Both the position numbers and the translations under genes were made by a program. 64,000 nucleotides of DNA from an uncultured Gammaproteobacteria bacterium (GTDB taxonomy: Bacteria; Patescibacteriota; Microgenomatia; Levybacterales; GWA1-39-11): positions 438,572-502,571 of the forward strand of contig CAYVFE010000001.1 of assembly GCA_964450885.1 (NCBI GenBank), given 5' to 3'. The notes beneath the pieces are model-generated. The model saw only the letters and a list, made by a program, of their open reading frames with translations. It was not told where the DNA came from and ran no database searches. This document shows, one piece after another, positions 49,890-57,748 of this stretch. Numbering within the stretch: the first letter of the stretch is position 1; every line of letters begins with the position of its first letter.

Positions 49890-51192
49890 TTTTAACAGTA
49901 CGTTTAGAGTCCACGCAAAAAATTCCCTTTCTCCACTGCAAAGGGAAAGGGATTTTGTAACCGCGGTCTACGACCATATTTGTAAGGCATTAGGCGATAA
50001 TTGTATACAAATTGGCTCTTATCCCAGATTTACATCAACAACTCCGCTTCACGATTTAGATGTGCTATATATTTTGGGAGATATGAGTAGTTTTCTTGAA
50101 AACCCCAGCGAGATACTTACGCGGTTGCAAGCTACTCTCAAGGATTACTTCTTAAAAAATACTAACTACAAGGTAATAATAAGCCTGCAAACGCACTCCG
50201 TAACAGTTAGCTTCGTGGATGGAACTGGAAAAGAAGATTTTGGCATTGACGTTGTGCCTGCATTTGTAAATGGAGTAAATGAATTTGGATTGGATATGTA
50301 TGTGGTGCCGGAAATTATTAAGATAAAAAGAAGCAAGCGTCATTCATATTATTCAGAAAAAAAAGCTGAAAACAAAGCAGTCCAATGGGTAAAATCCGAT
50401 CCCAGAGGCTACATTAAAATAGCCTCTAATATCAATGAAAAGAATGGAGATTATCGTAAGACCGTTAAGTTTATAAAAAAATGGAAGCACAATTTAGCAC
50501 ACAAAAATGAACAAGTTAAATTGAAATCATTTCATATAGAGCAGATCGTTGTGGGTATATTTCAGAAAAATCCTGACGCTTCTATGTTTGATGCCGTCTT
50601 TGAATTTTTTACAAAACTCCCGCAGCACATTGAAAAACCACAGATTCCAGACAGGGCAAATGCAGACGTTTTTATAGATGCTTACCTGGCAGACTTAACG
50701 GATGAACAACGTGCACTAATACTACAAGCAAGAGACCACTTCCTAATTGGGCTTGAAGAATTTACTCCTAGTAAGTCTGTTCACGAGTTACTTTCTGCGG
50801 ATTTTTATAAAAGATTTTCCTCCACAGAGGCATACTTATTTGACAGCTATATTCCGGTTCTCACAGAACCTCAACACACATTTAAGATTAACGGCTGGGT
50901 GAGAAAGAAGCCGGGATTTAGACATGGGTGGTTAAGCCAAATTCCTTGGAAACTTGAGTATTTAAGGTATATTGATTTTTCTGTTTCCCAGGATAATACA
51001 CAGGCACATCTATACAAGTGGAAAGTTAAAAACCATAATTCTTCTCCGCAACCCCGTGGAGAGATAACAGATCATAGAACAAGTCAAAGTCCGGAATCTA
51101 CAAGATATTCAGGTGCTCATTACGTAGAGTGTTTTGCCGTCAAAAATAACGTATGTATAGCAAGACATAGGATTAATGTCCCCATTGCTTAA
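49876..51192 (+). CDS. cGAS/DncV-like (SMODS) nucleotidyltransferase with C-terminal AGS-C domain
   Basis: GSY.RFT...HDLD (G47, S48, D60, D62), IDVVPA, SDP, VKFIKKW, KSFHIE; C-terminal WKVKN..RGEI..ESTRYSGAHYVECF. Confidence 0.85.
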   Translation: MIKNDFNSTFRVHAKNSLSPLQRERDFVTAVYDHICKALGDNCIQIGSYPRFTSTTPLHDLDVLYILGDMSSFLENPSEILTRLQATLKDYFLKNTNYKVIISLQTHSVTVSFVDGTGKEDFGIDVVPAFVNGVNEFGLDMYVVPEIIKIKRSKRHSYYSEKKAENKAVQWVKSDPRGYIKIASNINEKNGDYRKTVKFIKKWKHNLAHKNEQVKLKSFHIEQIVVGIFQKNPDASMFDAVFEFFTKLPQHIEKPQIPDRANADVFIDAYLADLTDEQRALILQARDHFLIGLEEFTPSKSVHELLSADFYKRFSSTEAYLFDSYIPVLTEPQHTFKINGWVRKKPGFRHGWLSQIPWKLEYLRYIDFSVSQDNTQAHLYKWKVKNHNSSPQPRGEITDHRTSQSPESTRYSGAHYVECFAVKNNVCIARHRINVPIA

Positions 51193-51198
51193 GGCTTT

Positions 51199-51336
51199 AT
51201 GGATATAAAAGAAGCAAAGAAAATTTTAGGTAGTGAAGCAGATGGAATTTCTAATGAACAACTAGAGAAAGAAATTGATACAGCAAACTTGCTCAAAAAT
51301 ATATTTTTCAGTCTTCAAAAAAAGGCAAATAAATAA
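51199..51336 (+). CDS. Small hypothetical protein (45 aa, below the ORF-track cutoff)
   Basis: MDIKEAKKILGSEADGISNEQLEKEIDTANLLKNIFFSLQKKANK*, 6 nt after the CD-NTase stop. Confidence 0.55.
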   Translation: MDIKEAKKILGSEADGISNEQLEKEIDTANLLKNIFFSLQKKANK

Positions 51337-51472
51337 CCCATAGTAGAACTGCTAGGCACAAGACAATTTTTGTTGTCATCTATTAGCCTCAAATCCATGT
51401 CGTAATATCAACCTTGTGCGACATAACGACACTTTTCTATCAAATTTTTTCTCCAAGTAGTAAAATTGAAAT

Positions 51473-51865
51473 ATGATAATTGTTGTTGGAGCATTAATAG
51501 TTCAGGGCGGTAAGTTTTTGTTAGCAGAGCGGTCCCATGGAGAGTTAAAAGGGAAATGGGAATTTCCCGGGGGGAAGCTTGAGAAAGGCGAGACAGAGGA
51601 AGAAGCTCTCGTAAGAGAGATTGAGGAGGAGTTAGGTGTTCAAGTCGTTATTGAAGAAAAAATCAAAGTCTTTACGCATAAGTATAGCTTCGGCGACATA
51701 CACTTAACATTGCTTAGGTGTAATTTATCTGATGACGTACAACACATTGGTTTACGTGGAAGCCATGAAAAATTTGACTGGGTAGATTATAATACCAGAG
51801 ACATCAATTTTGCCCCTCTTGATAGGAAAATCTTTACATACTTAAAAAAACATTATGTTATCTGA
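51473..51865 (+). CDS. NUDIX hydrolase (MutT/NudG-like)
   Basis: WEFPGGKLEKGETEEEALVREIEEELG Nudix box. Confidence 0.92.
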   Translation: MIIVVGALIVQGGKFLLAERSHGELKGKWEFPGGKLEKGETEEEALVREIEEELGVQVVIEEKIKVFTHKYSFGDIHLTLLRCNLSDDVQHIGLRGSHEKFDWVDYNTRDINFAPLDRKIFTYLKKHYVI

Positions 51866-52865
51866 ACTAATTGTCAAATTTGCAACAAATTACTTAGCGG
51901 CAACATCAACACCGTTTGCTGGAAATCGTGAAGCAGACGTTATTCGTTATGAACTCCCCGAATTGATAAGAAAGCTTGCTGCAATACCACTAAATTACAA
52001 AGTGTATGGCTCCGTTGGTCAAGGGCAATGGGCAGAAGTTCCTTGGTTTGCAATTCTTGACAAAGATATTACAACATCAACACAAAAAGGATATTATGTT
52101 GTTTTTCTATTTTCTGCGGATATGAAATACGTATATCCTTCCCTTGGTGTTGGTTGGCAACAGTTTGAAGAAGAGTATGGGGTCCGGGAAGGAAGGATTG
52201 CAATAGAGCAAGTTGTTAGGGAATTACAAAGGATTTTGAGGTCGCCCCTTGATGACTTTTCTTTTGCAAAAAGGGACCTAAAGGCAACTTCAATTTTGGG
52301 AAAAGGATATGAGAGCGGAGGGGTATGCCATAAAGTTTATGAAATAGAAAAAATGCCTTCAGACGAGGTGATTGTAAATGATGTTAGAAATCTTATGGGA
52401 GTGTATCGCGAACTGAAAGGATTAGTGGGGAAAAATGTTTTAAATCTTGAAATTCCTGAGGAGCAAATTGCAGACGAAGAATTTAACAGAAAGGTTATTG
52501 AGGAAAGTGAAGATGTAGCCTCTCCAGAGGTAGCAAAAGAAAAAATCAAAGCTCTAACAAAAATAATTGAAACAGCACCGGCTCAGGAGAGAACAAAGAT
52601 GGCGCGGTATGTGGCAAGAAATAGGAAATTTGCAGAATTAGTGAAGCAGGCAGCTAATTATACTTGCCAGATTTGCGGAATGCCTCCATTCAAAACCAAA
52701 TCAGGAGAACTATATGCAGAAGCACATCATACTTTAGAGCTAGCAACTCACAGAATAGACCACCCTGATATAATGATATGTGTATGCGCTCAGTGTCATC
52801 GTGTTATTACATATGGTTCCGAAGCAGAAATAAGCAAGCGAGAAGATATGGGTAGACAAAATTAA
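51855..52865 (+). CDS. DUF3578 (McrB-N-like) plus HNH endonuclease, type IV restriction-like
   Basis: GSVGQGQWAEVPW..D..IT.STQKGYYVVFLF, GYESG; C-terminal CQICG..EAHH..CAQCH. Confidence 0.8.
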   Translation: MLSELIVKFATNYLAATSTPFAGNREADVIRYELPELIRKLAAIPLNYKVYGSVGQGQWAEVPWFAILDKDITTSTQKGYYVVFLFSADMKYVYPSLGVGWQQFEEEYGVREGRIAIEQVVRELQRILRSPLDDFSFAKRDLKATSILGKGYESGGVCHKVYEIEKMPSDEVIVNDVRNLMGVYRELKGLVGKNVLNLEIPEEQIADEEFNRKVIEESEDVASPEVAKEKIKALTKIIETAPAQERTKMARYVARNRKFAELVKQAANYTCQICGMPPFKTKSGELYAEAHHTLELATHRIDHPDIMICVCAQCHRVITYGSEAEISKREDMGRQN

Positions 52866-52869
52866 GGTT

Positions 52870-53145
52870 ATGGATAAGACATTAATAACAATTATTATAA
52901 TCGGGGCACCAACCCTATTAATTGCAATTTGTTGGGTTTCGTTGATGATTACAATGAGAAAAACAACGGGTGAATTAAAGCTTTTTCTTAGTCCTGACAA
53001 CTTAGTTAAGGTATTCGCAATATATTTAGTTTTAATCGGCACAATTTTATTTGGGCTACTTGGGATAATTAACGGTGAAGCTATAGGAGTTATTTTTAGT
53101 GGTGTGATTGGGTATACAGTTGGAACGAAGTTTAATAAGAATTAA
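52870..53145 (+). CDS. Small membrane protein (about 3 TM)
   Basis: Hydrophobic 91 aa, 4 nt after the HNH gene. Confidence 0.65.
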   Translation: MDKTLITIIIIGAPTLLIAICWVSLMITMRKTTGELKLFLSPDNLVKVFAIYLVLIGTILFGLLGIINGEAIGVIFSGVIGYTVGTKFNKN

Positions 53146-53417
53146 TAAATTGCTAAGCAGTTTATAAGGTCAAATTTTTGTTTGTGAGTTAAAGTCTTCA
53201 ATTCCTTTTCTCTCTGCATAGCAAAGCTTCTTGTTTGATAGGGTTCAATATGAACAATTTTTACTGGGCGTCTGTATTTTGTCCATTTGGCTCCTGGATA
53301 TTTCCCAAGTCCGTTATGTTCTTTTTCTCTTTCTTCAATGTTGTTGGTTTGTCCAGTATAATATGTTCCATCCCCACATTCTGCAATATAAACATAATAA
53401 ACCGGTGGTTTTAACAT
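53142..53417 (-). CDS. GIY-YIG nuclease (UPF0213-like)
   Basis: YVYIAECGDGTYYTGQTNN..R..EHN..GAKWT..RRP..AMQRE. Confidence 0.9.
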   Translation of the reverse strand: MLKPPVYYVYIAECGDGTYYTGQTNNIEEREKEHNGLGKYPGAKWTKYRRPVKIVHIEPYQTRSFAMQREKELKTLTHKQKFDLINCLAIY

Positions 53418-53469
53418 TCTTAAATTATAGCAAGAACAGATGAAGTAAGGGGTGGTATAATACCGAGAT

Positions 53470-53652
53470 ATGACTAAACTAATTCGTCAAAAAAGAGGAG
53501 ATACTTTGGTAAAGACAATTGAAAAAAAATATAAGGTTGATTTAGGCTACCGAGCTGATGCAAAGTTATCAACCGTTTTAAAAAAAACAGGGGCTCCTTC
53601 TCTATCAAAGCTAGTTAAGCTTGCAGATACGACTAGGAAAAAAACCAAGTAA
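53470..53652 (+). CDS. Small basic hypothetical protein
   Basis: 60 aa, K/R rich; extended -10 TGgTATAAT 8 nt upstream. Confidence 0.7.
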   Translation: MTKLIRQKRGDTLVKTIEKKYKVDLGYRADAKLSTVLKKTGAPSLSKLVKLADTTRKKTK

Positions 53653-53658
53653 TATCCG

Positions 53659-54195
53659 ATGCAGCCGACTGACCTATTATTTATATCCGATATCCCATTA
53701 AGGAAAAAAATAATTAACGCCATTGATACGATTTCCGGTTTATACCTTATTGAGAAAGATACGAATTATCCTCGTGAATTATCAAAAGAAATAAGAAGAA
53801 CTATCGTTTTATATGCTGCCTCAATAATAGAAGCTTCTCTTTTGTTTTTGTATAAAAGGAAAGCATCACCAATTTTGAAAACTGAATATGCAGACGTTCA
53901 TACATTGCCTTTGTCTTTGCAAAATGGCTCACAAAATAAATTAGTTATTGCAAGACAGGTACAAAGTCCTAGAGACGAAAGAGAGTTGATGTTGGATGTT
54001 TTGTTAAAATTCTATACCTCTAAAGAAAAAATCATACCTAAAAGCTTAGCTGAAAAAATAATAAAAGCCAAAGATATTAGAAATACTTTTCATCTTTCTA
54101 AATCTAGGTCTGGTCTTGTAGTTAGTGCTAAAGTAATGCAATTATCAACGGATGCTGTTTATGAAACAATTGTTATCGTTAAGAACAGTTTGTAA
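53659..54195 (+). CDS. HEPN-like helical protein (putative RNase)
   Basis: ASIIEASL early helix and KDIRNTFHL (RNxxH) motif. Confidence 0.55.
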   Translation: MQPTDLLFISDIPLRKKIINAIDTISGLYLIEKDTNYPRELSKEIRRTIVLYAASIIEASLLFLYKRKASPILKTEYADVHTLPLSLQNGSQNKLVIARQVQSPRDERELMLDVLLKFYTSKEKIIPKSLAEKIIKAKDIRNTFHLSKSRSGLVVSAKVMQLSTDAVYETIVIVKNSL

Positions 54196-54206
54196 GCGAA
54201 TTGTTA

Positions 54207-54235
54207 TTGACCATTCCTCTTAAAAGGTTTATATT
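54207..54235 (+). promoter_or_regulatory. Outward-facing sigma70 promoter at the right end of the element
   Basis: TTGACC (54207-54212), N17, TATATT (54230-54235); no downstream plus-strand ORF. Confidence 0.6.
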
Positions 54236-54318
54236 CATTACGGAAGACATAAGAATACCTTTTATTACGAGGTGCTTATTAAAGGAAATTGAAGCTACAA
54301 GCGGGTTATGTCTATAAA

Positions 54319-54348
54319 ATACCCGCATTTCTACGGCAGAAGAACTAA
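54319..54348 (+). repeat. attR: displaced original ftsZ 3' end (IPAFLRQKN*), core at 54322-54332
   Basis: ATA CCC GCA TTT CTA CGG CAG AAG AAC TAA; its stop overlaps the stop of the convergent gene. Confidence 0.88.
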
Positions 54349-55793
54349 TCAGCATTGTACACTTCCCAAAAGGTTAGATCATTCACCCTGTCAACTTTCC
54401 TGTAGTTTTTTATAATATATTCATTAACAATATCTTCCGGATTACTATTCAGATCGTGAGTGACTATTAGTCTTACTTTTTCTTTACTCAGGCTTTCTAG
54501 AAGTTTTCTTTTAGATTCCTCCGATAATGCAGATGGTGACAGGTAGTCATAAGCGGTGGGATTGTCTCTTTCTATTAGAAAATACAGCATCGGTGCGTAG
54601 TAATTAATAAAGACTTTGTCTCCGGGGTTTGTTTTTTCATCAACAATTTTTAAGACTTCTGGGACTTCACGTTGATATTTATCGTTTAGCCAAATATAAA
54701 CCCTTGGATTTGCAACTAATTGATGAGACGAAGACAGTGGTGCTTCCCATCGATAGTATCCGTAGAAAAGCGCTGTATAAAATCCCATTATGATAAGTAA
54801 TCCTGCATATACAAAAACAAACTTGCGTCTTAATCTATCTTTCTCAAGTAAAAAAATAGGCAGTAGTGATAATCCTGTCGCGGCGATAAGTGGCGAAAGA
54901 TGGACGTAGTCTGTTACAGGACGAAATCCGGCCAGATAGAAAAAAGTCGTAAATAGGGGAAGGAGCGCTAGGTTTGATCTCTGTTTAAAAGTAATTATTA
55001 GGGAATAGATACCAACTAGAAGTGGTGAGAGGTAAAAAGCTAACTTCATGTAGGAGTAGATAGAATCAGAATACAAAATGGGCGTATCGATGGTTTTTTC
55101 TATTACAATTTTTAATATGACATTGTGGTAGAAGTTAGTTATGAATGGATTTAAAGAGTTTGTTGTTATTAGATAAAAGAAAAAAACACCAATTCCTGCA
55201 AAAACTCCCAACAAAAATTGCTTGAGTATCTTTGAGTCTTTTTGAACCAATATATAAGTAAAAAATGCTAGAATAACTGCGATTCCTAAGTTTTGCTTGG
55301 TCATAAAAACCAAAAAAGCGAAAAAACCTGACAAAACGATAGTTTTGGGTTTGTTATACAGAAAAGCAGCAAGCGCAATAGTGCCAATCGTGAGGCTTAC
55401 AATGCTCGGCCAGATGAAGTTTATATGACTAGGTCCCCATGAAAGATAGATAAGTATTACAAAAAGTGAATAATACTTTTTTTTAGTTAGGATTTTTGTA
55501 ATGAAAAATATAGACGTTACGGTCGTGAGAGATAGTAAGAGTGCAATGAGCCTGGAAGAAAATATACTTTCACCAAATAGACTAAATCCGAATACCATTA
55601 TAAATGGTGCAAGAGGAGTATAAACGAAATCAAAATCGCTATACAGGGCTTGTCCGCCTATAATCCTTTGAGCAGTATTTAGGACGTAGCCTTCGTCTGG
55701 GTAGAAGATTCCCCGAAAGTGAAAAAAAGAAAGAACAAATATTATAAGAATTAAAACAGTTATTGTGATTTTGTTTTCCAATAATAACTTCAT
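54345..55793 (-). CDS. ArnT/PMT-like GT-C membrane glycosyltransferase
   Basis: YPDEG..AQRI..G..LYSDF..YTP, TKQNLG; about 12 TMs. Confidence 0.75.
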   Translation of the reverse strand: MKLLLENKITITVLILIIFVLSFFHFRGIFYPDEGYVLNTAQRIIGGQALYSDFDFVYTPLAPFIMVFGFSLFGESIFSSRLIALLLSLTTVTSIFFITKILTKKKYYSLFVILIYLSWGPSHINFIWPSIVSLTIGTIALAAFLYNKPKTIVLSGFFAFLVFMTKQNLGIAVILAFFTYILVQKDSKILKQFLLGVFAGIGVFFFYLITTNSLNPFITNFYHNVILKIVIEKTIDTPILYSDSIYSYMKLAFYLSPLLVGIYSLIITFKQRSNLALLPLFTTFFYLAGFRPVTDYVHLSPLIAATGLSLLPIFLLEKDRLRRKFVFVYAGLLIIMGFYTALFYGYYRWEAPLSSSHQLVANPRVYIWLNDKYQREVPEVLKIVDEKTNPGDKVFINYYAPMLYFLIERDNPTAYDYLSPSALSEESKRKLLESLSKEKVRLIVTHDLNSNPEDIVNEYIIKNYRKVDRVNDLTFWEVYNAD

Positions 55794-55823
55794 GTAGTTA
55801 TTATAGTATAGGGAGTGAATGAA

Positions 55824-57638
55824 TTAGTTCGATTTTGACTGTGAGCGCATGCGGCGTGCTTCTACCTCATCGAGAATAGTTTTTCTTATTCTGATATTCT
55901 TTGGGGTTACTTCAACGAGCTCATCATCGGCAATATACTCTAGTGCGTCTTCAAGCCCCATTACTTTTGGAGTCCTGAAATACTCTGTAACTCCATCTCC
56001 TTTTGAGCGCATATTCGTTAGATGTTTTGTTTTGCAGACATTTATACTTAGGTCGTCATTTCGGGCATTTTTTCCTACAACCTGGCCTTTGTATACTGGA
56101 GTTTGCGGACCTATAAAAAGTAGTCCTCTGTCCTGAATATTTGCCAGGCCATATTGGTTGGCAACGCCCGTCTCGTGCGCTACAAGTGATCCCTGTTCTC
56201 TTTCATGGGTATATCCATTGTCTGGAGCATATTCGTGAAATAGGGTGTTTATAATTCCCAACCCCTTTGTGTCGGTGACGAATTCACCACGATATCCAAA
56301 GAGTCCTTTTGAGGAGATTATAAAATCAAGGGATGCGATTCCGTTGTCCGAACGCATATCCTTGAGCTCTCCACGTCTCGTTCCCATTTTTTGGATTACA
56401 GCTCCTGAATATTCCTCGGGAACCTCAATGAATACTTGTTCATATGGAGTCATTTTTTTACCATCTACGATTTTATCGATGACCTGCGGACGACCCACCT
56501 GGAACTCGTATCCTTCACGGCGCATCCGTTCAATAAGGATTGCTAGATGTAATTCTCCGCGTCCTGATACAATCCACCCTCCTACTTGATCATTCTCGAC
56601 GCGCAGCGCCATATCCGTTTCTGTTTCTTTGTAGAGCCTTTCCTGAATTTGTCGGGATGTCTTAAATTCTCCCTCTTTGCCGGCAAATGGAGAATTATTC
56701 ACCATGAATTGCGCGCGGATAGTAGGTTCTTCGATTTTTAGAAGGGGTAGCGCTATCGGATTATTCGGATCGGCTATCGTTTCTCCGATAACAGGATCGG
56801 GGATTCCTGCAATCGCTACTATGTCTCCAGCTTGAGCTTCGTTAACCTCTTGTTTTCCCAGCCCCACGAATGTCATTAGTGAACTGATCTTTGCCTTTTT
56901 TACCTCCCCATCTCGATTAATGTGGGCAATTTCTTGTGCCGCTTTAATTGTTCCGTTGTAGATTCTACCTATGGCGATTCTACCTTTGTGGGTGTCGGCC
57001 GCAAGTGTTGTTATAAGCATTTGGAGCGGTGCATCAGGATCGACTTTAGGTGCTGGAATTTCCTTTAGTAATGTATCAAAGACTGGAGTTATATCTGTCA
57101 TTTCTTCAATGTTCTCTGTAAGACCTGCCTTACCATTCTTTGCTGATGCATAGATTATGGGAAAGTCAGCTGTTGCGTCGTCTGCACCGAGTTCTAGAAA
57201 AAGATCGAGCGTTTTGTCTAATACATAGTGGATTCTAGCATCTGGTTTGTCTATTTTGTTTACGACTACAATAATTTTGTGTCCCATCGCTAAAGCTTTT
57301 TTTAGAACAAATCTGGTCTGAGGCATAGGTCCTTCTTTTGCATCAACCAAAAGTAGGCATCCATCTGCCATTTTCAAAACCCTTTCGACCTCTCCTCCAA
57401 AATCAGCGTGTCCTGGGGTGTCGATGATATTTATTTTTGTATCATTCCACATAACCGACGCATTTTTGGAAAAAATTGTTATACCGCGTTCGCGTTCCAG
57501 CTCATTGCTATCCATGATAAGAGAATCGGCACTGTCCTTATGCATCTGCGTTTTTGACTGAGTTAAGAGAGCATCGACCAAGGTTGTTTTCCCGTGGTCA
57601 ACGTGCGCGATAATTGCTATGTTTCGTATGTTATTCAT
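55824..57638 (-). CDS. typA: Translational GTPase TypA/BipA
   Basis: IRNIAIIAHVDHGKTTLVD, DTPGHADFGGEVER, GRGELHL; start at ATG 57638. Confidence 0.97.
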   Translation of the reverse strand: MNNIRNIAIIAHVDHGKTTLVDALLTQSKTQMHKDSADSLIMDSNELERERGITIFSKNASVMWNDTKINIIDTPGHADFGGEVERVLKMADGCLLLVDAKEGPMPQTRFVLKKALAMGHKIIVVVNKIDKPDARIHYVLDKTLDLFLELGADDATADFPIIYASAKNGKAGLTENIEEMTDITPVFDTLLKEIPAPKVDPDAPLQMLITTLAADTHKGRIAIGRIYNGTIKAAQEIAHINRDGEVKKAKISSLMTFVGLGKQEVNEAQAGDIVAIAGIPDPVIGETIADPNNPIALPLLKIEEPTIRAQFMVNNSPFAGKEGEFKTSRQIQERLYKETETDMALRVENDQVGGWIVSGRGELHLAILIERMRREGYEFQVGRPQVIDKIVDGKKMTPYEQVFIEVPEEYSGAVIQKMGTRRGELKDMRSDNGIASLDFIISSKGLFGYRGEFVTDTKGLGIINTLFHEYAPDNGYTHEREQGSLVAHETGVANQYGLANIQDRGLLFIGPQTPVYKGQVVGKNARNDDLSINVCKTKHLTNMRSKGDGVTEYFRTPKVMGLEDALEYIADDELVEVTPKNIRIRKTILDEVEARRMRSQSKSN

Positions 57639-57711
57639 AAAAAAAACCGCCTCATTCGCGGTTATATATATTATAACAGAAATACTATAGAATATGTCAA
57701 AAATTTTGAGT

Positions 57712-57740
57712 TTGAACAAATAGCCTCACTTCACTATAAT
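57712..57740 (+). promoter_or_regulatory. Sigma70 promoter of ileS (near-leaderless)
   Basis: TTGAAC-N17-TATAAT, 8 nt before ATG 57749. Confidence 0.65.
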
Positions 57741-57748
57741 ATCCTCAT

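Larger units (their letters stand above)
45524..54332. mobile_element. Integrative element/genomic island (about 8.8 kb) inserted in the 3' end of ftsZ
   Basis: Flanking direct repeat, adjacent tyrosine integrase, accessory and defence cargo. Confidence 0.88.
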
